This document shows positions 45,357 to 45,657 of a stretch of 45,657 nt of DNA, in pieces. A model generated the notes under the pieces. The model worked only from the letters and a program-made list of their open reading frames with translations. It ran no database searches and was not told the DNA's origin. The DNA comes from Octopus bimaculoides (taxonomy: Eukaryota). The number at the start of each line of letters is the position of its first letter. The stretch's first letter is position 1. The position numbers and the translations under genes are program-made. The DNA lies in contig NC_068982.1 in NCBI RefSeq assembly GCF_001194135.2, positions 116,191,165-116,236,821 of the forward strand. The letters are read 5' to 3'.

Positions 45357-45657
45357 ATGTTTGACTTTTGTTTTGCATTTGTACAAGTTGGATCCAAGTC
45401 TCACCCAGATACCTCAAGAGACAACAAGTTAGAAGTTCATGTAGGTGTTATGCCTAGGGTACCATATATTTGGATTTGTACAGTTTTGTTCAAGTGAATG
45501 TTTAAGAAACCATAAGAAAATTATGTTTGCTTTAAAATTTGAGATCACATAGACAGTATTTTACGTAGGATATGGGCAGTTCCCATGAGCACTATCTTTT
45601 GGACTTCAGCCATTTTGGGGTTTCCGGGTATCTGAGCTAGGTAGTAATCAGCCCGTT

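Overview
AT-rich, repeat-dense eukaryotic scaffold segment with 11 N-gaps (about 5.1 kb of N). Repeat content (tRNA-headed SINEs with (AAC)n/(AAT)n tails, dense microsatellites, TTAGGG arrays) suggests an animal, most likely an octopod cephalopod; this is inference from recalled repeat families, not a search. One convincing host gene is present: an apparently intronless minus-strand ORF (13639-15555, 638 aa) encoding signal peptide + acidic linker + six Sushi/CCP modules + one C-terminal SRCR domain. The rest is transposon debris: decayed CR1-like, R4/Dong-like, RTE and Penelope-like retroelements, a frameshifted Tc1-family element, a mariner with both TIRs, several MITEs with TIRs and TSDs, and over 20 SINE copies. 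Highlights: the intronless CCP6-SRCR gene, two unrelated MITE families carrying palindromic telomeric-repeat cores, a nested insertion in an R4/Dong LINE, a minimal hammerhead ribozyme motif in a Penelope 3' end, and modular SINEs. All alignments were done by eye; nothing here was computed or searched.
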